From Auanema rhodensis (lineage: Eukaryota; Animalia; Nematoda), in assembly GCA_964057225.1 (NCBI GenBank), contig OZ059900.1:18724001-18788000 (forward strand): DNA of 64,000 bases, read 5' to 3'. This document shows, in pieces, positions 41,301 to 54,900 of the stretch. A program made the translations under genes and the position numbers. The notes below the pieces were generated by a model. That model ran no database searches and was not told where the DNA came from. It saw only the letters and a list, made by a program, of their open reading frames with translations. Position 1 is the stretch's first letter. Each line of letters begins with the position of its first letter.

Positions 41301-44300
41301 TAGAAAATTAAGGAAATTAGCATATTCTGAGGGCACTCCCCTTATGGCTAATATTGATTAAATCGATTTTTGTTCATATGAGTCGTCAAATGCAACGAAT
41401 TTCGGCGTGTTACATACTAAAATGAAGCATTTTACATGCTGAACACTAGAAAAATACAAAAACACAGTATTTCCCATGAGAAATATTTTATTATGCTGGA
41501 AAACCAGTTTTTGGAAATTTCGCTGTAAACAAGGTTTTGACTTACGATTTCATGTGTTCAAACTCATGCAATGTCAATGAAACCTAGCTCAAAATTGTTC
41601 GTACAACGTCTAGTTCCACTTTCACGACAAAAAAACAGGGGTTAGAAAATTAAGGAAATTAGCATATTCTGAGGGCACGCCCCTTATGGCTAATATTGAT
41701 TAAATCGATTTTTGTTCATATGAGTCGTCAAATGCAACGAATTTCAGCGTGTTACATACTAAAATGAAGCATTTTACATGCTGAACACTAGAAAAATACA
41801 AAAACACAGTATTTCCCATGAGAAATATTTTATTATGCTGGAAAACCAGTTTTTGGAAATTTCGCTGTAAACAAGGTTTTGACTTACGATTTCATGTGTT
41901 CAAACTCATGCAATGTCAATGAAACCTAGCTCAAAATTGTTCGTACAACGTCTAGTTTCACTTTCACGACAAAAAAACAGGGGTTAGAAAACTAAGGAAA
42001 TTAGCATATTCTGAGGGCACGCCCCTTATGGCTAATATTGATTAAATCGATTTTTGTTCATATGAGTCGTCAAATGCAACGAATTTCAGCGTGTTACATA
42101 CTAAAATGAAGCATTTTACATGCTGAACACTAGAAAAATACAAAAACACAGTATTTCCCATGAGAAATATTTTATTATGCTGGAAAACCAGTTTTTGGAA
42201 ATTTCGCTGTAAACAAGGTTTTGACTTACGATTTCATGTGTTCAAACTCATGCAATGTCAATGAAACCTAGCTCAAAATTGTTCGTAAAACGTCTAGTTC
42301 CACTTTCACGACAAAAAAACAGGGGTTAGAAAACTAAGGAAATTAGCATATTCTGAGGGCACGCCCCTTATGGCTAATATTGATTAAATCGATTTTTGTT
42401 CATATGAGTCGTCAAATGCAACGAATTTCAGCGTGTTACATACTAAAATGAAGCATTTTACATGCTGAACACTAGAAAAATACAAAAACACAATATTTCC
42501 CATGAGAAATATTTTATTATGCTGGAAAACCAGTTTTTGGAAATTTCGCTGTAAACAAGGTTTTGACTTACGATTTCATGTGTTCAAACTCATGCAATGT
42601 CAATGAAACCTAGCTCAAAATTGTTCGTACAACGTCTAGTTCCACTTTCACGACAAAAAAACAGGGGTTAGAAAATTAAGGAAATTAGCATATTCTGAGG
42701 GTACGCCCCTTATGGCTAATATTGATTAAATCGATTTTTGTTCATATGAGTCGTCAAATGCAACGAATTTCAGCGTGTTACATACTAAAATAAAGCATTT
42801 TACATGCTGAACACTAGAAAAATACAAAAACACAGTATTTCCCATGAGAAATATTTTATTATGCTGGAAAACCAGTTTTTGGAAATTTCGCTGTAAACAA
42901 GGTTTTGACTTACGATTTCATGTGTTCAAACTCATGCAATGTCAATGAAACCTAGCTCAAAATTGTTCGTACAACGTCTAGTTTCACTTTCACGACAAAA
43001 AAACAGGGGTTAGAAAACTAAGGAAATTAGCATATTCTGAGGGCACGCCCCTTATGGCTAATATTGATTAAATCGATTTTTGTTCATATGAGTCGTCAAA
43101 TGCAACGAATTTCAGCGTGTTACATACTAAAATGAAGCATTTTACATGCTGAACACTAGAAAAATACAAAAACACAGTATTTCCCATGAGAAATATTTTA
43201 TTATGCTGGAAAACCAGTTTTTGGAAATTTCGCTGTAAACAAGGTTTTGACTTACGATTTCATGTGTTCAAACTCATGCAATGTCAATGAAACCTAGCTC
43301 AAAATTGTTCGTACAACGTCTAGTTCCACTTTCACGACAAAAAAACAGGGGTTAGAAAATTAAGGAAATTAGCATATTCTGAGGGCACGCCCCTTATGGC
43401 TAATATTGATTAAATCGATTTTTGTTCATATGAGTCGTCAAATGCAACGAATTTCGGCGTGTTACATACTAAAATGAAGCATTTTACATGCTGAACACTA
43501 GAAAAATACAAAAACACAGTATTTCCCATGAGAAATATTTTATTATGCTGGAAAACCAGTTTTTGGAAATTTCGCTGTAAACAAGGTTTTGACTTACGAT
43601 TTCATGTGTTCAAACTCATGCAATGTCAATGAAACCTAGCTCAAAATTGTTCGTACAACGTCTAGTTCCACTTTCACGACAAAAAAACAGGGGTTAGAAA
43701 ATTAAGGAAATTAGCATATTCTGAGGGCACGCCCCTTATGGCTAATATTGATTAAATCGATTTTTGTTCATATGAGTCGTCAAATGCAACGAATTTCAGC
43801 GTGTTACATACTAAAATGAAGCATTTTACATGCTGAACACTAGAAAAATACAAAAACACAATATTTCCCATGAGAAATATTTTATTATGCTGGAAAACCA
43901 GTTTTTGGAAATTTCGCTGTAAACAAGGTTTTGACTTACGATTTCATGTGTTCAAACTCATGCAATGTCAATGAAACCTAGCTCAAAATTGTTCGTACAA
44001 CGTCTAGTTCCACTTTCACGACAAAAAAACAGGGGTTAGAAAATTAAGGAAATTAGCATATTCTGAGGGTACGCCCCTTATGGCTAATATTGATTAAATC
44101 GATTTTTGTTCATATGAGTCGTCAAATGCAACGAATTTCAGCGTGTTACATACTAAAATGAAGCATTTTACATGCTGAACACTAGAAAAATACAAAAACA
44201 CAGTATTTCCCATGAGAAATATTTTATTATGCTGGAAAACCAGTTTTTGGAAATTTCGCTGTAAACAAGGTTTTGACTTACGATTTCATGTGTTCAAACT

Positions 44301-47300
44301 CATGCAATGTCAATGAAACCTAGCTCAAAATTGTTCGTACAACGTCTAGTTTCACTTTCACGACAAAAAAACAGGGGTTAGAAAACTAAGGAAATTAGCA
44401 TATTCTGAGGGCACGCCCCTTATGGCTAATATTGATTAAATCGATTTTTGTTCATATGAGTCGTCAAATGCAACGAATTTCAGCGTGTTACATACTAAAA
44501 TGAAGCATTTTACATGCTGAACACTAGAAAAATACAAAAACACAGTATTTCCCATGAGAAATATTTTATTATGCTGGAAAACCAGTTTTTGGAAATTTCG
44601 CTGTAAACAAGGTTTTGACTTACGATTTCATGTGTTCAAACTCATGCAATGTCAATGAAACCTAGCTCAAAATTGTTCGTACAACGTCTAGTTTCACTTT
44701 CACGACAAAAAAACAGGGGTTAGAAAACTAAGGAAATTAGCATATTCTGAGGGCACGCCCCTTATGGCTAATATTGATTAAATCGATTTTTGTTCATATG
44801 AGTCGTCAAATGCAACGAATTTCAGCGTGTTACATACTAAAATGAAGCATTTTACATGCTGAACACTAGAAAAATACAAAAACACAGTATTTCCCATGAG
44901 AAATATTTTATTATGCTGGAAAACCAGTTTTTGGAAATTTCGCTGTAAACAAGGTTTTGACTTACGATTTCATGTGTTCAAACTCATGCAATGTCAATGA
45001 AACCTAGCTCAAAATTGTTCGTAAAACGTCTAGTTCCACTTTCACGACAAAAAAACAGGGGTTAGAAAACTAAGGAAATTAGCATATTCTGAGGGCACGC
45101 CCCTTATGGCTAATATTGATTAAATCGATTTTTGTTCATATGAGTCGTCAAATGCAACGAATTTCAGCGTGTTACATACTAAAATGAAGCATTTTACATG
45201 CTGAACACTAGAAAAATACAAAAACACAATATTTCCCATGAGAAATATTTTATTATGCTGGAAAACCAGTTTTTGGAAATTTCGCTGTAAACAAGGTTTT
45301 GACTTACGATTTCATGTGTTCAAACTCATGCAATGTCAATGAAACCTAGCTCAAAATTGTTCGTACAACGTCTAGTTCCACTTTCACGACAAAAAAACAG
45401 GGGTTAGAAAATTAAGGAAATTAGCATATTCTGAGGGTACGCCCCTTATGGCTAATATTGATTAAATCGATTTTTGTTCATATGAGTCGTCAAATGCAAC
45501 GAATTTCAGCGTGTTACATACTAAAATGAAGCATTTTACATGCTGAACACTAGAAAAATACAAAAACACAGTATTTCCCATGAGAAATATTTTATTATGC
45601 TGGAAAACCAGTTTTTGGAAATTTCGCTGTAAACAAGGTTTTGACTTACGATTTCATGTGTTCAAACTCATGCAATGTCAATGAAACCTAGCTCAAAATT
45701 GTTCGTACAACGTCTAGTTTCACTTTCACGACAAAAAAACAGGGGTTAGAAAACTAAGGAAATTAGCATATTCTGAGGGCACGCCCCTTATGGCTAATAT
45801 TGATTAAATCGATTTTTGTTCATATGAGTCGTCAAATGCAACGAATTTCAGCGTGTTACATACTAAAATGAAGCATTTTACATGCTGAACACTAGAAAAA
45901 TACAAAAACACAGTATTTCCCATGAGAAATATTTTATTATGCTGGAAAACCAGTTTTTGGAAATTTCGCTGTAAACAAGGTTTTGACTTACGATTTCATG
46001 TGTTCAAACTCATGCAATGTCAATGAAACCTAGCTCAAAATTGTTCGTACAACGTCTAGTTCCACTTTCACGACAAAAAAACAGGGGTTAGAAAATTAAG
46101 GAAATTAGCATATTCTGAGGGCACGCCCCTTATGGCTAATATTGATTAAATCGATTTTTGTTCATATGAGTCGTCAAATGCAACGAATTTCGGCGTGTTA
46201 CATACTAAAATGAAGCATTTTACATGCTGAACACTAGAAAAATACAAAAACACAGTATTTCCCATGAGAAATATTTTATTATGCTGGAAAACCAGTTTTT
46301 GGAAATTTCGCTGTAAACAAGGTTTTGACTTACGATTTCATGTGTTCAAACTCATGCAATGTCAATGAAACCTAGCTCAAAATTGTTCGTACAACGTCTA
46401 GTTCCACTTTCACGACAAAAAAACAGGGGTTAGAAAATTAAGGAAATTAGCATATTCTGAGGGCACGCCCCTTATGGCTAATATTGATTAAATCGATTTT
46501 TGTTCATATGAGTCGTCAAATGCAACGAATTTCAGCGTGTTACATACTAAAATGAAGCATTTTACATGCTGAACACTAGAAAAATACAAAAACACAATAT
46601 TTCCCATGAGAAATATTTTATTATGCTGGAAAACCAGTTTTTGGAAATTTCGCTGTAAACAAGGTTTTGACTTACGATTTCATGTGTTCAAACTCATGCA
46701 ATGTCAATGAAACCTAGCTCAAAATTGTTCGTACAACGTCTAGTTCCACTTTCACGACAAAAAAACAAGGGTTAGAAAATTAAGGAAATTAGCATATTCT
46801 GAGGGCACGCCCCTTATGGCTAATATTGATTAAATCGATTTTTGTTCATATGAGTCGTCAAATGCAACGAATTTCAGCGTGTTACAGACTAAAATGAAGC
46901 ATTTTACATGCTGAACACTAGAAAAATACAAAAACACAGTATTTCCCATGAGAAATATTTTATTATGCTGGAAAACCAGTTTTTGGAAATTTCGCTGTAA
47001 ACAAGGTTTTGACTTACGATTTCATGTGTTCAAACTCATGCAATGTCAATGAAACCTAGCTCAAAATTGTTCGTACAACGTCTAGTTCCACTTTCACGAC
47101 AAAAAAACAGGGGTTAGAAAATTAAGGAAATTAGCATATTCTGAGGGTACGCCCCTTATGGCTAATATTGATTAAATCGATTTTTGTTCATATGAGTCGT
47201 CAAATGCAACGAATTTCAGCGTGTTACATACTAAAATGAAGCATTTTACATGCTGAACACTAGAAAAATACAAAAACACAGTATTTCCCATGAGAAATAT

Positions 47301-50300
47301 TTTATTATGCTGGAAAACCAGTTTTTGGAAATTTCGCTGTAAACAAGGTTTTGACTTACGATTTCATGTGTTCAAACTCATGCAATGTCAATGAAACCTA
47401 GCTCAAAATTGTTCGTACAACGTCTAGTTTCACTTTCACGACAAAAAAACAGGGGTTAGAAAACTAAGGAAATTAGCATATTCTGAGGGCACGCCCCTTA
47501 TGGCTAATATTGATTAAATCGATTTTTGTTCATATGAGTCGTCAAATGCAACGAATTTCAGCGTGTTACATACTAAAATGAAGCATTTTACATGCTGAAC
47601 ACTAGAAAAATACAAAAACACAGTATTTCCCATGAGAAATATTTTATTATGCTGGAAAACCAGTTTTTGGAAATTTCGCTGTAAACAAGGTTTTGACTTA
47701 CGATTTCATGTGTTCAAACTCATGCAATGTCAATGAAACCTAGCTCAAAATTGTTCGTACAACGTCTAGTTCCACTTTCACGACAAAAAAACAGGGGTTA
47801 GAAAATTAAGGAAATTAGCATATTCTGAGGGCACGCCCCTTATGGCTAATATTGATTAAATCGATTTTTGTTCATATGAGTCGTCAAATGCAACGAATTT
47901 CAGCGTGTTACATACTAAAATGAAGCATTTTACATGCTGAACACTAAAAAAATACAAAAACACAGTATTTCCCATGAGAAATATTTTATTATGCTGGAAA
48001 ACGAGTTTTTGGAAATTTCGCTGTAAACAAGGTTTTGACTTACGATTTCATGTGTTCAAACTCATGCAATGTCAATGAAACCTAGCTCAAAATTGTTCCT
48101 ACAACGTCTAGTTCCACTTTCACGACAAAAAAACAGGGGTTAGAAAATTAAGGAAATTAGCATATTCTGAGGGCACGCCCTTTATGGCTAATATTGATTA
48201 AATCGATTTTTGTTCATATGAGTCGTCAAATGCAACGAATTTCAGCGTGTTACATACTAAAATGAAACATTTTACATGCTGAACACTATAAAAATACAAA
48301 AACACAGTATTTCCCATGAGAAATATTTTATTATGCTGGAAAACGAGTTTTTGGAAATTTCGCTGTAAACAAGGTTTTGACTTACGATTTCATGTGTTCA
48401 AACTCATGCAATGTCAATGAAACCTAGCTCAAAATTGTTCCTACAACGTCTAGTTCCACTTTCACGACAACAAAACAGGGGTTAGAAAATTAAGGAAATT
48501 AGCATATTCTGAGGGCACGCCCCTTATGGCTAATATTGATTAAATCGATTTTTGTTCATATGAGTCGTCAAATGCAACGAATTTCAGCGTGTTACATACT
48601 AAAATGAAGCATTTTACATGCTGAACACTAGAAAAATACAAAAACACAATATTTCCCATGAGAAATATTTTATTATGCTGGAAAACCAGTTTTTGGAAAT
48701 TTCGCTGTAAACAAGGTTTTGACTTACGATTTCATGTGTTCAAACTCATGCAATGTCAATGAAACCTAGCTCAAAATTGTTCGTACAACGTCTAGTTCCA
48801 CTTTCACGACAAAAAAACAGGGGTTAGAAAATTAAGGAAATTAGCATATTCTGAGGGTACGCCCCTTATGGCTAATATTGATTAAATCGATTTTTGTTCA
48901 TATGAGTCGTCAAATGCAACGAATTTCAGCGTGTTACATACTAAAATGAAGCATTTTACATGCTGAACACTAGAAAAATACAAAAACACAGTATTTCCCA
49001 TGAGAAATATTTTATTATGCTGGAAAACCAGTTTTTGGAAATTTCGCTGTAAACAAGGTTTTGACTTACGATTTCATGTGTTCAAACTCATGCAATGTCA
49101 ATGAAACCTAGCTCAAAATTGTTCGTACAACGTCTAGTTTCACTTTCACGACAAAAAAACAGGGGTTAGAAAACTAAGGAAATTAGCATATTCTGAGGGC
49201 ACGCCCCTTATGGCTAATATTGATTAAATCGATTTTTGTTCATATGAGTCGTCAAATGCAACGAATTTCAGCGTGTTACATACTAAAATGAAGCATTTTA
49301 CATGCTGAACACTAGAAAAATACAAAAACACAGTATTTCCCATGAGAAATATTTTATTATGCTGGAAAACCAGTTTTTGGAAATTTCGCTGTAAACAAGG
49401 TTTTGACTTACGATTTCATGTGTTCAAACTCATGCAATGTCAATGAAACCTAGCTCAAAATTGTTCGTACAACGTCTAGTTCCACTTTCACGACAAAAAA
49501 ACAGGGGTTAGAAAATTAAGGAAATTAGCATATTCTGAGGGCACGCCCCTTATGGCTAATATTGATTAAATCGATTTTTGTTCATATGAGTCGTCAAATG
49601 CAACGAATTTCGGCGTGTTACATACTAAAATGAAGCATTTTACATGCTGAACACTAGAAAAATACAAAAACACAGTATTTCCCATGAGAAATATTTTATT
49701 ATGCTGGAAAACCAGTTTTTGGAAATTTCGCTGTAAACAAGGTTTTGACTTACGATTTCATGTGTTCAAACTCATGCAATGTCAATGAAACCTAGCTCAA
49801 AATTGTTCGTACAACGTCTAGTTCCACTTTCACGACAAAAAAACAGGGGTTAGAAAATTAAGGAAATTAGCATATTCTGAGGGCACGCCCCTTATGGCTA
49901 ATATTGATTAAATCGATTTTTGTTCATATGAGTCGTCAAATGCAACGAATTTCAGCGTGTTACATACTAAAATGAAGCATTTTACATGCTGAACACTAGA
50001 AAAATACAAAAACACAATATTTCCCATGAGAAATATTTTATTATGCTGGAAAACCAGTTTTTGGAAATTTTGCTGTAAACAAGGTTTTGACTTACGATTT
50101 CATGTGTTCAAACTCATGCAATGTCAATGAAACCTAGCTCAAAATTGTTCGTACAACGTCTAGTTCCACTTTCACGACAAAAAAACAAGGGTTAGAAAAT
50201 TAAGGAAATTAGCATATTCTGAGGGCACGCCCCTTATGGCTAATATTGATTAAATCGATTTTTGTTCATATGAGTCGTCAAATGCAACGAATTTCAGCGT

Positions 50301-50958
50301 GTTACAGACTAAAATGAAGCATTTTACATGCTGAACACTAGAAAAATACAAAAACACAGTATTTCCCATGAGAAATATTTTATTATGCTGGAAAACCAGT
50401 TTTTGGAAATTTCGCTGTAAACAAGGTTTTGACTTACGATTTCATGTGTTCAAACTCATGCAATGTCAATGAAACCTAGCTCAAAATTGTTCGTACAACG
50501 TCTAGTTCCACTTTCACGACAAAAAAACAGGGGTTAGAAAATTAAGGAAATTAGCATATTCTGAGGGTACGCCCCTTATGGCTAATATTGATTAAATCGA
50601 TTTTTGTTCATATGAGTCGTCAAATGCAACGAATTTCAGCGTGTTACATACTAAAATGAAGCATTTTACATGCTGAACACTAGAAAAATACAAAAACACA
50701 GTATTTCCCATGAGAAATATTTTATTATGCTGGAAAACCAGTTTTTGGAAATTTCGCTGTAAACAAGGTTTTGACTTACGATTTCATGTGTTCAAACTCA
50801 TGCAATGTCAATGAAACCTAGCTCAAAATTGTTCGTACAACGTCTAGTTTCACTTTCACGACAAAAAAACAGGGGTTAGAAAACTAAGGAAATTAGCATA
50901 TTCTGAGGGCACGCCCCTTATGGCTAATATTGATTAAATCGATTTTTGTTCATATGAG
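38305..50958. repeat. Sub-array defined by linked variant pairs T234+C268, A85+T294, A222+C268 and G22
   Basis: These monomer types recur from M113 to M149 and are essentially absent outside (one lone T234 in M19). Confidence 0.85.
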
Positions 50959-51984
50959 TCGTCAAATGCAACGAATTTCAGCGTGTTACATACTAAAATG
51001 AAGCATTTTACATGCTGAACACTAGAAAAATACAAAAACACAGTATTTCCCATGAGAAATATTTTATTATGCTGGAAAACCAGTTTTTGGAAATTTCGCT
51101 GTAAACAAGGTTTTGACTTACGATTTCATGTGTTCAAACTCATGCAATGTCAATGAAACCTAGCTCAAAATTGTTCGTACAACGTCTAGTTCCACTTTCA
51201 CGACAAAAAAACAGGGGTTAGAAAATTAAGGAAATTAGCATATTCTGAGGGCACGCCCCTTATGGCTAATATTGATTAAATCGATTTTTGTTCATATGAG
51301 TCGTCAAATGCAACGAATTTCAGCGTGTTACATACTAAAATGAAGCATTTTACATGCTGAACACTAAAAAAATACAAAAACACAGTATTTCCCATGAGAA
51401 ATATTTTATTATGCTGGAAAACGAGTTTTTGGAAATTTCGCTGTAAACAAGGTTTTGACTTACGATTTCATGTGTTCAAACTCATGCAATGTCAATGAAA
51501 CCTAGCTCAAAATTGTTCCTACAACGTCTAGTTCCACTTTCACGACAAAAAAACAGGGGTTAGAAAATTAAGGAAATTAGCATATTCTGAGGGCACGCCC
51601 TTTATGGCTAATATTGATTAAATCGATTTTTGTTCATATGAGTCGTCAAATGCAACGAATTTCAGCGTGTTACATACTAAAATGAAACATTTTACATGCT
51701 GAACACTATAAAAATACAAAAACACAGTATTTCCCATGAGAAATATTTTATTATGCTGGAAAACGAGTTTTTGGAAATTTCGCTGTAAACAAGGTTTTGA
51801 CTTACGATTTCATGTGTTCAAACTCATGCAATGTCAATGAAACCTAGCTCAAAATTGTTCCTACAACGTCTAGTTCCACTTTCACGACAAAAAAACAGGG
51901 GTTAGAAAATTAAGGAAATTAGCATATTCTGAGGGCACGCCCCTTATGGCTAATATTGATTAAATCGATTTTTGTTCATATGAG
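45145..51984. repeat. 10-monomer (3420 bp) tandem duplication
   Basis: M133-142 match M143-152 variant by variant, including rare G33 (46887/50307), A85+A256 and the G123+C219 monomers; only two differences noticed. Confidence 0.88.
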
Positions 51985-54900
51985 TCGTCAAATGAAACGA
52001 ATTTCAGCGTGTTACATACTAAAATGAAGCATTTTACATGCTGAACACTAGAAAAATACAAAAACACAGTATTTCCCATGAGAAATATTTTATTATGCTG
52101 GAAAACCAGTTTTTGGAAATTTCGCTGTAAACAAGGTTTTGACTTACGATTTCATGTGTTCAAACTCATGCAATGTCAATGAAACCTAGCTCAAAATTGT
52201 TCCTACAACGTCTAGTTCCACTTTCACGACAACAAAACAGGGGTTAGAAAATTAAGGAAATTAGCATATTCTGAGGGCACGCCCCTTATGGCTAATATTG
52301 ATTAAATCGATTTTTGTTCATATGAGTCGTCAAATGCAACGAATTTCAGCGTGTTACATACTAAAATGAAGCATTTCACATGCTGAACACTAGAAAAATA
52401 CAAAAACACAGTATTTCCTATGAGAAATATTTTATTATGCTGGAAAACCAGTTTTTGGAAATTTCGCTGTAAACAAGGTTTTGACTTACGATTTCATGTG
52501 TTCAAACTCATGCAATGTCAATGAAACCTAGCTCAAAATTGTTCCTACAACGTCTAGTTCCACTTTCACGACAAAAAAACAGGGGTTAGAAAATTAAGGA
52601 AATTAGCATATTCTGAGGGCACGCCTCTTATGGCTAATATTGATTAAATCGATTTTTGTTCATATGAGTCGTCAAATGCAACGAATTTCAGCGTGTTACA
52701 TACTAAAATGAAGCATTTTACATGCTGAACACTATAAAAATACAAAAACACAGTATTTCCCATGAGAAATATTTTATTATGCTGGAAAACCAGTTTTTGG
52801 AAATTTCGCTGTAAACAAGGTTTTGACTTACGATTTCATGTGTTCAAACTCATGCAATGTCAATGAAACCTAGCTCAAAATTGTTCCTACAACGTCTAGT
52901 TCCACTTTCACGACAACAAAACAGGGGTTAGAAAATTAAGGAAATTAGCATATTCTGAGGGCACGCCCCTTATGGCTAATATTGATTAAATCGATTTTTG
53001 TTCATATGAGTCGTCAAATGCAACGAATTTCAGCGTGTTACATACTAAAATGAAGCATTTCACATGCTGAACACTAGAAAAATACAAAAACACAGTATTT
53101 CCCATGAGAAATATTTTATTATGCTGGAAAACCAGTTTTTGGAAATTTCGCTGTAAACAAGGTTTTGACTTACGATTTCATGTGTTCAAACTCATGCAAT
53201 GTCAATGAAACCTAGCTCAAAATTGTTGGTACAACGTCTAGTTCCACTTTCACGACAAAAAAACAGGGGTTAGAAAATTGAGGAAATTAGCATAATCTGA
53301 GGGCACGCCCCTTATGGCTAATATTGATTAAATCGATTTTTGTTCATATGAGTCGTCAAATGCAATTAATTTCAGCGTGTCACATACTAAAATGAAGCAT
53401 TTTACATGCTGAACACTAAAAAAATACAAAAACACAGTATTTCCCATGAGAAATATTTTATTATGCTGGAAAACGAGTTTTTGGAAATTTCGCTGTAAAC
53501 AAGGTTTTGACTTACGATTTCATGTGTTCAAACTCATGCAATGTCAATGAAATCTAGCTCGAAATTGTTCCTACAACGTCTAGTTCCACTTTCACGACAA
53601 AAAAACAGGGGTTAGAAAATTAAGGAAATTAGCAGATTCTGAGGGCACGCCCTTTATGGCTTATATTGATTAAATCGATTTTTGTTCATATGAGTCGTCA
53701 AATGCAACGAATTTCAGCGTGTTACATACTAAAATGAAACATTTTACATGCTGAACACTATAAAAATACAAAAACACAGTATTTCCCATGAGAAATATTT
53801 TATTATGCTGGAAAACCAGTTTTTGGAAATTTCGCTGTAAACAAGGTTTTGACTTACGATTTCATGTGTTCAAACTCATGCAATGTCAATGAAACCTAGC
53901 TCAAAATTGTTCGTACAACGTCTAGTTCCACTTTCACGACAAAAAAACAGGGGTTAGAAAATTAAGGAAATTAGCATATTCTGAGGGCACGCCCCTTATG
54001 GCTAATATTGATTAAATCGATTTTTGTTCATATGAGTCGTCAAATGCAACGAATTTCAGCGTGTTACATACTAAAATGAAGCATTTTACATGCTGAACAC
54101 TAAAAAAATACAAAAACACAGTATTTCCCATGAGAAATATTTTATTATGCTGGAAAACGAGTTTTTGGAAATTTCGCTGTAAACAAGGTTTTGACTTACG
54201 ATTTCATGTGTTCAAACTCATGCAATGTCAATGAAACCTAGCTCAAAATTGTTCCTACAACGTCTAGTTCCACTTTCACGACAAAAAAACAGGGGTTAGA
54301 AAATTAAGGAAATTAGCATATTCTGAGGGCACGCCCTTTATGGCTAATATTGATTAAATCGATTTTTGTTCATATGAGTCGTCAAATGCAACGAATTTCA
54401 GCGTGTTACATACTAAAATGAAACATTTTACATGCTGAACACTATAAAAATACAAAAACACAGTATTTCCCATGAGAAATATTTTATTATGCTGGAAAAC
54501 GAGTTTTTGGAAATTTCGCTGTAAACAAGGTTTTGACTTACGATTTCATGTGTTCAAACTCATGCAATGTCAATGAAACCTAGCTCAAAATTGTTCCTAC
54601 AACGTCTAGTTCCACTTTCACGACAAAAAAACAGGGGTTAGAAAAATAAGGAAATTAGCATATTCTGAGGGCACGCCCCTTATGGCTAATATTGATTAAA
54701 TCGATTTTTGTTCATATGAGTCGTCAAATGAAACGAATTTCAGCGTGTTACATACTAAAATGAAGCATTTTACATGCTGAACACTAGAAAAATACAAAAA
54801 CACAGTATTTCCCATGAGAAATATTTTATTATGCTGGAAAACCAGTTTTTGGAAATTTCGCTGTAAACAAGGTTTTGACTTACGATTTCATGTGTTCAAA

